From the NCBI GenBank assembly GCA_965223705.1, contig OZ245015.1:3232001-3296000 (forward strand): DNA of 64,000 nucleotides. The letters are read 5' to 3'. The notes under the pieces were generated by a model. It did not search any database. It had not been told where the DNA came from and was given only the letters and a program-made list of their open reading frames with translations. The translations under genes and the position numbers were made by a program. Position 1 is the first letter of the stretch. Each line of letters opens with the position of its first letter. Positions 39,002-49,060 of the stretch are shown piece by piece. This stretch comes from Myxococcota bacterium. Lineage in GTDB: Bacteria > Myxococcota_A > UBA9160 > UBA6930.

Positions 39002-39877
39002 ATGAGTGCACTGAAATGGAAAGTCGGCGACACCACGATCACGAAGCTCGAGGAAATCGTCTATCCCGAGTTCGCGGATGTCATTCCCGCAGCGACGCCT
39101 GAGCTCGTCAAGCAAGTCAAGTGGCTATTCCCGCATTTCGTGACGCCGGAAGGCGTATTGAGCCTCAGCATCCACTCTCTCATCGTCGAGACGCCGAGTG
39201 CCAAGCTCATCGTGGATACCTGCATCGGCAACGACCGCGATCGAAACCCGTTCGAGGTGATGCACATGTTGTCGACGAGTTATCTCGAAGACATGAAGGC
39301 TCTGGGTTACCAGCCCGAGGGCATCGACTACGTGCTGTGCACCCACCTGCATCTCGATCACGTCGGATGGAACACCCGGCTCGAAGGCGATAAGTGGGTA
39401 CCGACCTTCCCGAACGCGTCCTACCTGATGGGCAAGCAAGATCTCGATTTCTGGGGATCCGTCGATCCGAATCACGAAGAGGAGTTCTTCCAGATTCAGG
39501 CGAGGGTCTTCCAGGACTCGCTGCAACCGGTCCTCGACGCGGGCCTCGCCAAGCCGATCGAGGGCCCCGCGCCGGTGTGCGAAGGGGTCCGGCTCATCCC
39601 GACGCCGGGCCACACCCCCGGGCACTGCTCGGTCCTCATCGAATCGGCTGGCGAGTCGGCGATGATCACCGGCGACTTCATCCACCACCCGGTGCAGTTC
39701 CACGATCCCGGGCTGTGCAGCCCCTTCGACGTCGACAACGACGCCGCGGTTGCGACGCGGCGTCGCGTGTTCGCGGAATACGCGGATTCTCCGACGCTGA
39801 TCATCGGGACGCATTTCGCCGGCCCGACAGCCGGCAAGCTCGTGAAAGACGGCGACGCGTACCGCCTCGACGTCTAG
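39002..39877 (+). CDS. MBL-fold metallo-hydrolase
   Basis: THLHLDHVGWN, PGHTPGH, GDFIHH and GTHF motifs. Confidence 0.92.
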   Translation: MSALKWKVGDTTITKLEEIVYPEFADVIPAATPELVKQVKWLFPHFVTPEGVLSLSIHSLIVETPSAKLIVDTCIGNDRDRNPFEVMHMLSTSYLEDMKALGYQPEGIDYVLCTHLHLDHVGWNTRLEGDKWVPTFPNASYLMGKQDLDFWGSVDPNHEEEFFQIQARVFQDSLQPVLDAGLAKPIEGPAPVCEGVRLIPTPGHTPGHCSVLIESAGESAMITGDFIHHPVQFHDPGLCSPFDVDNDAAVATRRRVFAEYADSPTLIIGTHFAGPTAGKLVKDGDAYRLDV

Positions 39878-39916
39878 ACCGCACAGACGCCTGGCCCGGC
39901 GCGATCATCCGCCGGG

Positions 39917-40810
39917 CTAGGCGATCTCAATCTCGATCTGATCGATTACCGTCTTGTCCCCTTCGCCGCCGTCGGTCCGCGACGCGGCCGGTACGACCAA
40001 TCGGCCGAGGAGACGACTCTCCGCGTCCTTCCAGAGCCGCGTTTCCGTCGGCTCCGGCGGAAAATGGGGCGCGGGCATCGCCCCCACCGTGATCGACTGA
40101 ATCCGGGAAACGTCACCCTTGACCACCTCGCGAGCCGCGTCCTGCATCACGAGCGCCATGTTCCGAGGCCCATGGGTCAGCGGGGCGGGGTTCGGTTCCT
40201 GGACGACAAAGTGGGTCCGGTTCCAGTCGCCCGAGGGGACGGCCCAGTCGAAGGTGATGTTCTTGGCGGTGGGGCGAGCCACGGTGATATCCGCCGCGCG
40301 GTCCGGGATGGCGATACGCGGCGGCGAAAGCTTGCCGGCGTCCGGAGAGCCACAGCCCAGGAGGAAGAGCAGCATCCAGCCGTCCATGAGGCGCGTCCCC
40401 GTCGCGCTGTCCTCGATGTCAAAGTTGAAGCGGACCAGTGCGTGGCCCTTCGAAGTAGCCCCGACTTCCGAAAAACCGCTGTTGACCCGGGCACTTCCCT
40501 CGGGCGGGATGGGGGCCGCGGTCGCTACCCGACCCGAGCCCCAGCGCCCGACTTGCTGCCAGACGTCATACCCGCCGATCAGCCGATCCATGACCTCGGC
40601 GCGATTGCGCGCTGCGAGCGCCCCGTTGAAGAGCACCATCGGATGTCCGGTCGGCTGGGGGTCTCGAAGCATCCACGGACGATCTCGCTCATCGTCGATC
40701 GATGAGCCCGCCGCCCGGGCGATGAGCTGGGTGGTTTCCCAGGTCCAAGAGAACTCGTGTGAACTGAATGTGGCCCCAGCGACGCCGGGATCGACTGTGT
40801 GATTCGCCAT
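39917..40810 (-). CDS. Double hot-dog (MaoC / hydratase-2-like) protein, divergent
   Basis: SGDWNRTH..PLTHG resembles the SGDxNPxH..PILHG motif; IPDRAAD linker. Confidence 0.65.
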   Translation of the reverse strand: MANHTVDPGVAGATFSSHEFSWTWETTQLIARAAGSSIDDERDRPWMLRDPQPTGHPMVLFNGALAARNRAEVMDRLIGGYDVWQQVGRWGSGRVATAAPIPPEGSARVNSGFSEVGATSKGHALVRFNFDIEDSATGTRLMDGWMLLFLLGCGSPDAGKLSPPRIAIPDRAADITVARPTAKNITFDWAVPSGDWNRTHFVVQEPNPAPLTHGPRNMALVMQDAAREVVKGDVSRIQSITVGAMPAPHFPPEPTETRLWKDAESRLLGRLVVPAASRTDGGEGDKTVIDQIEIEIA

Positions 40811-40947
40811 GGCTCGAACCATACCGCGACCCGTCGAATGTCGGCACCGACCGAGGCCGGGGGCTCGCTGGGCGCTCGACGCCCGCCGGGTTAGTTGTTA
40901 CCACCCCGGCTCGCTGCGCGAGATGCGGGCGAACTCGGGGGACGACC

Positions 40948-41244
40948 ATGGATGACGAGACTCCGTCTCAGGTCGAAGAAGCGAATCCGTTTGCGCAGAC
41001 CGTGGCGAAAGTGCTGGCCGAAGCGCTGGCCGCCCTGCGCAAGAACGGCACGATTGAAGTCCTCGATGACAACCTCGAGCCGCTGACCCGGGAGGTCGTG
41101 GAATCGGTTCTGGAATCGAGCTCGACAAAGAAGATTCCACTACGCATCACGAAGACGTTGATCCACAGCGAGTACGTGGAAGAGGTGTACGGAACGGATG
41201 CGGAAATCGGGGAAGCGCTCCGCCCGTTCCTCGACGCGATTTAG
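40948..41244 (+). CDS. Small acidic hypothetical protein
   Basis: 98 aa with host-like codon usage; SD-like GGGGGA before ATG40948; ends SEYVEEVYGTDAEI. Confidence 0.6.
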   Translation: MDDETPSQVEEANPFAQTVAKVLAEALAALRKNGTIEVLDDNLEPLTREVVESVLESSSTKKIPLRITKTLIHSEYVEEVYGTDAEIGEALRPFLDAI

Positions 41245-41471
41245 CGGCTCCCGAGGCGGAGCTTCCGCTCTGCGAAGCGGAGCGGCACGGCGAACAGCCA
41301 CCGGGCCCCACAGCCCCGCCCGAGGTGCCCAGAGGCCCGCTCGAGCGCGCGTTCATCGAGGCGCTGCAACCGCGTTCGGCGGTAATGCAGCAGCCACCGG
41401 CGCCACGCCCAATTCATAGGCAAGGCGTAGCGGACGGCTCAATCACCGTCGTCGGGTAAATCCACTACAGG

Positions 41472-42935
41472 TCAGAGCTGATCGTATGCTTCGAGCTTCG
41501 GCTCCCGCATCTCTTCCTCGAAGCGTGTGTAGCTCCACGGCCAGCTCGCGGGGACGCCGTCCTTGTCGAGGTACCAGCTCTTGCAGCCGGTCGCCCAAAT
41601 GCTCTTTTTCGATGCCGCGATGCGATCCGCATCAAACGTGTGGGTCGCCTCCGGGCTCGCGCTGATTTCGCGGCAGCGTCCACTGCGGAGTTCGTCCATC
41701 AGCTGAAGAACGTAGGCGAGCTGAAACTCGGCGATCTGGATCAGGGAAAAGTTCCCGACCGGGCCGTTGGGACCGTTCAACATGAAGAAGTTCGGGAAAT
41801 CCGGAACGGAAATCGACAAGTACGCGACCGGCCGGCGCGCCCAGACGCGATCGAGATCGCGGCCTCCGCGCCCTTTCACGACCGTCGGTCGGATGAACCG
41901 ATCGGGCAAGAAGCCCGTCGCGAGGACCAACACGTCGAGTTCGTGGAGGACACCGTCTTCGGTGCGAACGCCCCGCGGCTCGATCTGGCGGATCCCGGAA
42001 GTCACCAAGGTCGCGTTCGGTTGTTGAATGGCCTGGTAGAAATCGGGTGAAAAAATCAGTCGCTTGCACGCGGCTCGGTAGTCCGGTCGCAACCGCTCGC
42101 GAAGCTCGGGATCCCGCACACTCTTTTCGAGATTGTCGCGACAAGCGTCCTCGATGAACTTCATAGCCGGTGAATCGGCGTCGATCACGGCGTTCGCCAA
42201 GCGATCGATGAAGAGGGTGTTCATCTCCTCGCGCATCGTCTTGAGCGCTTCGAGATCGCTTGCGAAGGCCGCTTTCTCCTCCTCGCTGTACGACGGGTTG
42301 TCGCCGGGCATGATCCACTGGGCGCTGCGTTGGAACAACGCGAAGTGCGCCACCCGGGGCACGAGAGCGGACGTGATCTGCACGGCCGTCGATCCCGTGC
42401 CGATGACACCCACCCGACGGCCGTCGAGAGGAACGTCGTGATCCCATCGAGCGCTGTGAAACGAAGCACCGAGAAATGTCTCGATGCCGGGGAAGTCCGG
42501 GATGTTCGGGTGGTGCAACACGCCCGTCGCGGCAATGACGACATCGACGGTGTCGCGGCTACCGCCACTCATTTCGAGGTGCCAGCGTCCGTCCTCGAAC
42601 TCGCAGCTCGTCACCTCCTCACCGAAATGGAAGAACGGCGTGACACTGTACTTCTCCGCGACGGATTCGAAGTACGCCTGAATCTCGGGCCCGGGAGCGA
42701 ACATATGGCTCCAGTCGGGATTCGGTTCGAAGGAATAGGTGTAGAGGTGCGCGGGAACGTCGCAGGCGAGGCCCGGATACGTGTTCTCTCGCCAGGTTCC
42801 CCCGAGGCGATCCGCCTTCTCATAGACCGCGAATTCGTATCCGGCTTCTTTCAGACGGATCGCCGTCAGGATCCCGGCCATGCCGGCTCCGATCACTGCG
42901 ATTCGGAGTTTCCGAGCTGATTTCTCGTTCGCCAA
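41472..42935 (-). CDS. Baeyer-Villiger-type flavin-containing monooxygenase
   Basis: GAGMAG, GGTWRENTYPG, FxGxxFHSARW, GTGSTA, ACKR and ATGF motifs. Confidence 0.93.
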   Translation of the reverse strand: MANEKSARKLRIAVIGAGMAGILTAIRLKEAGYEFAVYEKADRLGGTWRENTYPGLACDVPAHLYTYSFEPNPDWSHMFAPGPEIQAYFESVAEKYSVTPFFHFGEEVTSCEFEDGRWHLEMSGGSRDTVDVVIAATGVLHHPNIPDFPGIETFLGASFHSARWDHDVPLDGRRVGVIGTGSTAVQITSALVPRVAHFALFQRSAQWIMPGDNPSYSEEEKAAFASDLEALKTMREEMNTLFIDRLANAVIDADSPAMKFIEDACRDNLEKSVRDPELRERLRPDYRAACKRLIFSPDFYQAIQQPNATLVTSGIRQIEPRGVRTEDGVLHELDVLVLATGFLPDRFIRPTVVKGRGGRDLDRVWARRPVAYLSISVPDFPNFFMLNGPNGPVGNFSLIQIAEFQLAYVLQLMDELRSGRCREISASPEATHTFDADRIAASKKSIWATGCKSWYLDKDGVPASWPWSYTRFEEEMREPKLEAYDQL

Positions 42936-43037
42936 GCGTCACTCCCCTCGTGGTCCCGGTCGAGGCTGCAGGCGAAACTAGCGGAGGGGTCGGCGCCCGC
43001 CCAAACCCGGTAAACTCGGGAACCGAGGAGGTCTGCG

Positions 43038-44252
43038 ATGCGATTTGGTGTGTTTTACGAGCTGCAACTGCCGAAGCCCTGGGACGAAGACGCCGAGTAC
43101 CGGCTCATTCAGGAGGCGATCGAACAAGTTCAGCTCGCCGACGAGATCGGCATCGAACACGCGTGGGCGGTCGAGCACCACTTTCTGGAGGAGTATTCCC
43201 ACTGCTCCGCTTCCGAGGTGTTCTTGTCGACGCTCGCCGCGAAGACGGAGAACATTCGGCTGGGCTTCGGCATTCGTCAGGTCATCCCGAACTACAACCA
43301 CCCGTCGCGCTCCGCCGAGGCCGTGGCAATGCTCGATCTCGTTTCGAACGGCCGCGTCGAGTTCGGCATCGGCGAAGGAGCGACTCGGCTCGAGCTCCAC
43401 GGGTACGACATCCCGTCTCGCCGGAAACGCGCGCTCTCGCTCGAAGCCGCCGAACAGATCGCCAACATGATGGTGATGGAGCCCTACCCCGGCTACGAAG
43501 GCGAAGGTTTCTCCATGCCGTGTCGGAACGTGCTTCCGAAGCCGCGCCAGAAACCCCACCCGCCGATGTGGATCGCGTGCACGAATCGAAAGACGATCGA
43601 GATCGCGGCGCGCAATGGTCTCGGCGCCCTGGCGTTCACGTTCGTCGATCCCGAAGAAGCCAAGACGTGGGCCGACACGTATTACTCCATCATCAAATCC
43701 GAAGAGTGCGTGCCGCTGGGTCATAGCGTCAACGCCAACATCGCGATGGTGGCCGGTTTCTCGATTCATCCCGACGCGCAAGAAGCGCACCGGCGTGGCG
43801 TCGACGGGTTTGCTTTCTTCCGGTACGCCGTCAACGCGCTCGTGGCCAACGATACGAAGCCGGGTCGCAGCAGCCTGTGGGACGAGTACCTGACACTGCG
43901 CGATCGCGATCTCCCGATCCTCGACGCGCCCGGTATCGGCACGCCGGAGAACTACCGGAGCCTGGTTCGAGAGTTCGACAACGTCGGCGTAGATCAGATT
44001 ATTTTCTTGCAGCAGGGCGGCAAGAACCGCCATGAGCATATTTGCGAAAGCCTCGAGCACTTTGGCAAGGACGTCTATCCCGAGTTTGCGGCGGAGCGCG
44101 ATCAGCGCGAAGCGGAGAAAGCGAAGGAGCTCGCTCCGTACATCGAGGCCGCGCTCGCGCGCAAGAAGAGGATGCCGGAGCTCCGCGATGATGAGATACC
44201 GGTCGTCGCGGCGTCACGAGAACGCGAGTCGTACTACCAACGGGCCGAGTAG
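43038..44252 (+). CDS. LLM-class flavin-dependent oxidoreductase
   Basis: MRFGVFYELQLP, VEHHFLEEYSH and PKP.QKPHPP motifs. Confidence 0.92.
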   Translation: MRFGVFYELQLPKPWDEDAEYRLIQEAIEQVQLADEIGIEHAWAVEHHFLEEYSHCSASEVFLSTLAAKTENIRLGFGIRQVIPNYNHPSRSAEAVAMLDLVSNGRVEFGIGEGATRLELHGYDIPSRRKRALSLEAAEQIANMMVMEPYPGYEGEGFSMPCRNVLPKPRQKPHPPMWIACTNRKTIEIAARNGLGALAFTFVDPEEAKTWADTYYSIIKSEECVPLGHSVNANIAMVAGFSIHPDAQEAHRRGVDGFAFFRYAVNALVANDTKPGRSSLWDEYLTLRDRDLPILDAPGIGTPENYRSLVREFDNVGVDQIIFLQQGGKNRHEHICESLEHFGKDVYPEFAAERDQREAEKAKELAPYIEAALARKKRMPELRDDEIPVVAASRERESYYQRAE

Positions 44253-44302
44253 CGGCCGCGAGGCGCCAAAATCGTGATAGGGTAAACCGCACGGAGGCAC
44301 CG

Positions 44303-45373
44303 ATGAAATTCTCCCTGCTCTACGAACTCGAAATTCCGAAGCCGTGGTCCGCGACGGCCGAGCGCGACTGCTACATGCAAGCGCTCGAGCAGATCAAGCT
44401 CGCCGACGAGATGGGGTTCGACATCGTGTGGGAGGTCGAGCACCACTTTCTCACAGAGTATTCCCACTCCTCCGCACCGGAAGTTTTCTTGGCGGCGGTC
44501 TCGCAACACACGAAGAACATCCGAATCGGCCACGGCGTCGTGCTCCTGCCCTTCAACTACAACCATCCCCTGCACGTAGCGGAGCGTGTGGCCGCTCTCG
44601 ACATCATGTCGAATGGACGCGTCGAGTTTGGGAGTGGGCGTTCGACCACCATGATCGAACTCGGGGGTTTCGGGATCAATCCGGATGAGACCCGGGAGCA
44701 GTGGGAAGAAGGCCTCGAGGTCGTCCTCAAAGCCTGGCGGGACCAACCCATTGTGCACGAGGGGAAAAGGCTTTCGATCCCGGAGCGTGAGGTCTGGCCG
44801 AAGCCACTCCAAAAGCCGCACCCGCCGCTCTGGATGGCGGCGACGAGCCCCGACACATTCCACGTCGCCGGAGAGAAAGGCCTTGGCGTTCTCTGCTTCC
44901 AGCTCTCGGAAGAAGGCATTCTTCTGTGCCACGAGAACTATCGAAGCTCGGTGAAGAACGCGAAACCCGTGGGCGACTTCGTGAACGAAAACTTCGCCGC
45001 TCTCGCGATCAGCCACTGCGGCACGCATGCGGATACCCGACAGCGCGGCGTGGAAGCGGCGCGGTGGTTCATGCAGAAAGTGGTGGAGATTCTGATCGGG
45101 CTGCGGGACAGCGACAGCCACTCCTACGAGTACCTACGCGGCATGATCGATATGGATCACCAGCCGAAAGACGCGTCGTTCGAAGACTTGGATAACCACC
45201 CGCTCATCATCACCGGAGATCCCGAGCGCTGCATCCGAAAACTCGAGCGCGTGCAGAGCTACGGTGCGGATCAGTTCATCTGCTTCCACCAGTTCGGCGG
45301 GCTCGACCACGATCGGATCATGGAATCGATCCAGCTCTTCGGCGAGGAGATCATTCCGCACTTCAACAGCTAG
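44303..45373 (+). CDS. LLM-class flavin-dependent oxidoreductase
   Basis: VEHHFLTEYSHSSAPE, GRVEFGSGR and PKPLQKPHPP motifs. Confidence 0.92.
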   Translation: MKFSLLYELEIPKPWSATAERDCYMQALEQIKLADEMGFDIVWEVEHHFLTEYSHSSAPEVFLAAVSQHTKNIRIGHGVVLLPFNYNHPLHVAERVAALDIMSNGRVEFGSGRSTTMIELGGFGINPDETREQWEEGLEVVLKAWRDQPIVHEGKRLSIPEREVWPKPLQKPHPPLWMAATSPDTFHVAGEKGLGVLCFQLSEEGILLCHENYRSSVKNAKPVGDFVNENFAALAISHCGTHADTRQRGVEAARWFMQKVVEILIGLRDSDSHSYEYLRGMIDMDHQPKDASFEDLDNHPLIITGDPERCIRKLERVQSYGADQFICFHQFGGLDHDRIMESIQLFGEEIIPHFNS

Positions 45374-46641
45374 AGCTGCTGCAGTGCGAGGTCCACCGCG
45401 GCCAAGGTCTCGCGGACGTCGTCCTCCGTGTGTGCGAGGGAGACGTAGAACTTGCTGTCTCCCTTGAGCACGCCGTTTTCTCGTAGCACCTGATTGAAGC
45501 GCTTGAGCCTCGATCCATCGCTGCGCGCCGTGTCGCGGTAGTCCCTCACACCTTCGACGTCGAACAGGACATCGAAGATAGGCGGCTCTCCAACCACTTG
45601 CCCCGCCACACCGTGCGACTTCAAGCGATTCTCGATTCCGTGTTTCAGGGCGCGGCCTGTGGCGAAGATCTTTTCGTAAGCGCCGGGCCGCTCGAGAATG
45701 TCGAGCGTGGCGAGGCCTGCCACCGCTGCGACGGGATTGCCACTCAGCGTTCCGATCTGGGTCATGTGATGACCGGACGGGACCGCATCCACATCGAAAT
45801 GGGCCATGACGTCGGCCCGTCCGGCGATCGCCGCGAGCGGAAAACCTCCCCCCACGACCTTACCCAGCGCGCACAAATCGGGGACGACACCGTAGTATTC
45901 CTGCGCGCCGCCGTACGCGAGCCGAAACCCCGTGACCACTTCATCGAAGACGAGCAGCACGCCGTGCTCTCGGGTGACTTCTCGGAGCGCTTCGAGAAAA
46001 CCCGGCTCCGGTGGGATCAAACGCTGCATCGGCTCGACGATTACAGCGGCGAGCTCTTCGCTGTGCTCTGCAATCAATTGGCTCGCCCGTGGTGCATCGT
46101 TAAACGGCGCGATCAGGACCTCGGTGGGAACTTTCGCGGGAATCCCCGGTGAGTCGGGTAGCGCCTGGGGGAAGGCCACTGCTCGCTTCGGCGCCATACT
46201 CATGAGCGCGTAGTCGTTCATCCCGTGGAAGCCGCCTTCGAACTTCAGAATCTTGTCGCGTTGCCGGAAAGACCGAGCCGCCCGCATCGCGTAGAGCGTG
46301 GCCTCGGAACCGCTCGAGACGAAGCGGACCTTTTCGGCGCACTGGACCGCGTTCACAATGCGCTCCGCCAGCGCGACTCCGTGCTCATTGTTCGCGAAGA
46401 ACGTCGTTCCCTTCGGAATTTGCGCCTGGACCGCCGCGACGACTTCCGGGTGCGCATGACCGACGAGCATGGGCCCCGAGCCGAGCAAATAGTCGACATA
46501 GGACCGGCCGGCGACATCCCACACGCGCCCGGCCTTCCCTTCGCGAACGCCGAAGTCAAAGGAGAGGTTCCCGAAACCTCCCCCCGGCAGAACTCGGCGT
46601 GCTCTCTCAGTGAATTCGGATTCGGTTTGGGTCGGTTCCAT
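45370..46641 (-). CDS. Class III PLP aminotransferase, glutamate-1-semialdehyde aminomutase-like
   Basis: SGSEAT, KFEGGFHG, FDEVVTGFR, GKVVGGG and GTLSGNP motifs; start inferred at ATG46641. Confidence 0.88.
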   Translation of the reverse strand: MEPTQTESEFTERARRVLPGGGFGNLSFDFGVREGKAGRVWDVAGRSYVDYLLGSGPMLVGHAHPEVVAAVQAQIPKGTTFFANNEHGVALAERIVNAVQCAEKVRFVSSGSEATLYAMRAARSFRQRDKILKFEGGFHGMNDYALMSMAPKRAVAFPQALPDSPGIPAKVPTEVLIAPFNDAPRASQLIAEHSEELAAVIVEPMQRLIPPEPGFLEALREVTREHGVLLVFDEVVTGFRLAYGGAQEYYGVVPDLCALGKVVGGGFPLAAIAGRADVMAHFDVDAVPSGHHMTQIGTLSGNPVAAVAGLATLDILERPGAYEKIFATGRALKHGIENRLKSHGVAGQVVGEPPIFDVLFDVEGVRDYRDTARSDGSRLKRFNQVLRENGVLKGDSKFYVSLAHTEDDVRETLAAVDLALQQL

Positions 46642-46692
46642 ACACGCTATTGTGCCGGATTCAGCCGGCGAGCGGGCAACAAGGAGACTTTC

Positions 46693-47643
46693 GTGGCTCA
46701 TCAGACCCTAAAAGTGGGTCTTCAGCTTCCCCAAATCGAGGGGCTGCGCGGTCCTTCGGTACGCGGTTGGTCCGAGCTCCTCGAGATTTCCCGGGTCGCG
46801 GAAGACATCGGCATGGATTCTCTATGGGTCAGCGATCACTTGCTGTACCAGTTGGAAGGCGAAGATCGGGGACGCGGCTGCTGGGAAGTCTGGTCGCTCA
46901 TCTCAGCCCTCGCTGCCTCGACGAAGCGCGTCGAACTCGGAACGCTCGTCCTCGCGATGGGATGGAGGAACCCGACCCTGCTCGCAAAAATGGCGGATAC
47001 CGTCGACGAGATCAGCGGCGGTCGGCTCATTCTGGGCCTCGGCGCGGGCTACCACCGACGCGAGTACGAAGCCTTTGGATTCTCGTTCGATCACCGGGTG
47101 AGCCGTTTCGAAGAGGGTATTCAGATCGTGCACAGCCTGCTTCGCGAGGGAGCGGTCGATTTCGAGGGCCGCTACTACACCGCCCGCGAGTGCGAACTCC
47201 GCCCCCGCGGTCCGCGTGCAAATGGTCCTCCGATCTTGATCGGAACGGCCAAACCCCGGATGCTCGGACTCACTGCGCGCTACGCCGACTTGTGGAACGC
47301 GTACTACGACGATATTCACAACCAAGTGTCGGGGCTCGAACGTATCCAACCCGCGGTGGACGCCGCTTGCCGCGAAGCCGGGCGGGACCCAGGCACGCTC
47401 GAGCGCACGGTGACCCTCCTCGTCGCGGACGCAACGGCCGACCCGTGGTGGGATCGCCTGCCGGTCGAGCAGTTGGAAGGGGCTGCGCCCCTCCTCCCGC
47501 TTTCGGGCTCCGCTGACGAGCTCGCCGAGCAGTTCGCGCTCTATCACGCGCGAGGCATTTCGCAGATTCAGATTTGTCTCGAGCCGACGACCCCCGCTTC
47601 CGTCGAGGCACTCGCTCCGATTCTCGAACGCCTGAAGCGCTAG
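46693..47643 (+). CDS. LLM-class oxidoreductase (possibly F420-dependent)
   Basis: DSLWVSDH, RNPTLLAKMA and SGGRLILGLGAG motifs; SD AAGGAG before GTG46693. Confidence 0.9.
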   Translation: MAHQTLKVGLQLPQIEGLRGPSVRGWSELLEISRVAEDIGMDSLWVSDHLLYQLEGEDRGRGCWEVWSLISALAASTKRVELGTLVLAMGWRNPTLLAKMADTVDEISGGRLILGLGAGYHRREYEAFGFSFDHRVSRFEEGIQIVHSLLREGAVDFEGRYYTARECELRPRGPRANGPPILIGTAKPRMLGLTARYADLWNAYYDDIHNQVSGLERIQPAVDAACREAGRDPGTLERTVTLLVADATADPWWDRLPVEQLEGAAPLLPLSGSADELAEQFALYHARGISQIQICLEPTTPASVEALAPILERLKR

Positions 47644-47671
47644 CGTATCCACGCGCTTCGAGGAGTTCCAT

Positions 47672-48211
47672 GTGAGACGAAAATTCTGGATTCTCGTACA
47701 TCTCTACGTCGCTGCCTTCTTCGCGCCGGCCTTCCTTCTCGTCGGAATTTCCGGCGGTCTCTACCTCGTCGGTGTCAAGGGCAGGACGGAGGCCACGGCG
47801 GTTCACTTACCGACGGACGTTTCGCTCGACCCGGCTTCGGACACCTTGGGCGAGGATGTCCGTCGGGTCCTCGAGCGCGCTGGGATCGCCCACGACTTCG
47901 AGACGATCAAACGAAACGGGAATACGCTGATCACGCGTCCCAGCTCCGGCCCGCACTACGTATTCCGCGTTTCGAACGAAGGCCTGAAAGCGACGCACCA
48001 CGTTCCCGATCTCCAAAAGCGCCTCATCGAACTCCACAAGGGCCACGGCCCGAAACTCTTCAAACAGTATCAACGCGTAGCCGCAGCCGGTTTGTTGACC
48101 GTCGTCCTGAGCGGTGCCTGGCTGGGTCTTTCCGCCGCTGCGCTGCGGACTCGCATGTGGTTGGCCACGCTCGTCGGCGCGGTGTTGTTTGCATTACTCA
48201 TTTCCCTCTGA
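47672..48211 (+). CDS. PepSY-associated TM-helix membrane protein
   Basis: HLYVAAFFAP..GISGGLYL and LIELHKGHG motifs; three TM segments. Confidence 0.75.
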   Translation: MRRKFWILVHLYVAAFFAPAFLLVGISGGLYLVGVKGRTEATAVHLPTDVSLDPASDTLGEDVRRVLERAGIAHDFETIKRNGNTLITRPSSGPHYVFRVSNEGLKATHHVPDLQKRLIELHKGHGPKLFKQYQRVAAAGLLTVVLSGAWLGLSAAALRTRMWLATLVGAVLFALLISL

Positions 48212-48220
48212 GGGGTCACC

Positions 48221-49060
48221 ATGGAACTCGAAGTTCTCGCCTGGGGCTATCAACTCGTCGAAGGGCCGCGCACGGATTCCGAAGACAACTTGTATTTCAC
48301 CGACGCGTTCGGCTCGAAAGTGCTGCGTCGATCACCGAACGGAGACCTCGAGACCCTGATCCGCGACCGATCGATGGTCGGAGGGCTCGCGCTCCATGCC
48401 GACGGTGGCTTCGTGATGTCCGGACCGACCGTCGCACACTGGAAGGACGGAGAAGTACGCACCCTCCTCTCCCGAAAAGGCGTCGTCTCATTCAACGATC
48501 TCCATCCCGATCAAGCGGGCCGGATCGTCGTCGGGGCGATTCGAAGCGACGTCAATGACCTAAAGGCCGACAAGATCCCCGGTGAGTGCGTTCGGATCGA
48601 GCTCGATGGAACGGTCGACGATCTCTACGATGGTGTGGAGATCAGCAACGGCATCGGCTTTTCGCCGGACGGCGCCACGCTCTACCACGTCGATTCAACG
48701 CGGAAGGGAGTCATCACCCACGACGTCGATTCCGCGGGAGCCCTGTCCGGGAGACGGCTGATCGGTCGAGACAGTTTCGCGAGAGGCATCCCGGATGGGA
48801 TGTGTGTCGACACCTCTGGAAATCTATGGGTCGCTCACGTCGGCGGACGGCGGGTGGTGAAGCTGTCGCCGGACGGCGACGAGCTCGACGAGATCCCCGT
48901 TCCCGCGAAAGCGGTAACCAGTTGCGCGTTCGGCGGACCGGAGATGAGCGATCTCTACATCGTCACGGCCGACAACCTGGACGATGCCAGCCGCGGTGGG
49001 ACCGTCTTTCGCTGCCGGCCCGGGGTCGCCGGAGTACCGACCCCACTCGCTCGGGTTTAG
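48221..49060 (+). CDS. SMP-30/gluconolactonase/LRE family protein
   Basis: EGP, FND, SNGIGFSPDG, PDGMCVD and TSCAFGG motifs. Confidence 0.92.
   Translation: MELEVLAWGYQLVEGPRTDSEDNLYFTDAFGSKVLRRSPNGDLETLIRDRSMVGGLALHADGGFVMSGPTVAHWKDGEVRTLLSRKGVVSFNDLHPDQAGRIVVGAIRSDVNDLKADKIPGECVRIELDGTVDDLYDGVEISNGIGFSPDGATLYHVDSTRKGVITHDVDSAGALSGRRLIGRDSFARGIPDGMCVDTSGNLWVAHVGGRRVVKLSPDGDELDEIPVPAKAVTSCAFGGPEMSDLYIVTADNLDDASRGGTVFRCRPGVAGVPTPLARV

Noticed and set aside
45370..46641. Assigning hemL
   Set aside because: It is GSA-aminomutase-like but lacks the PGGVNSPVR motif and has no heme-pathway neighbours, so it is probably a paralog.
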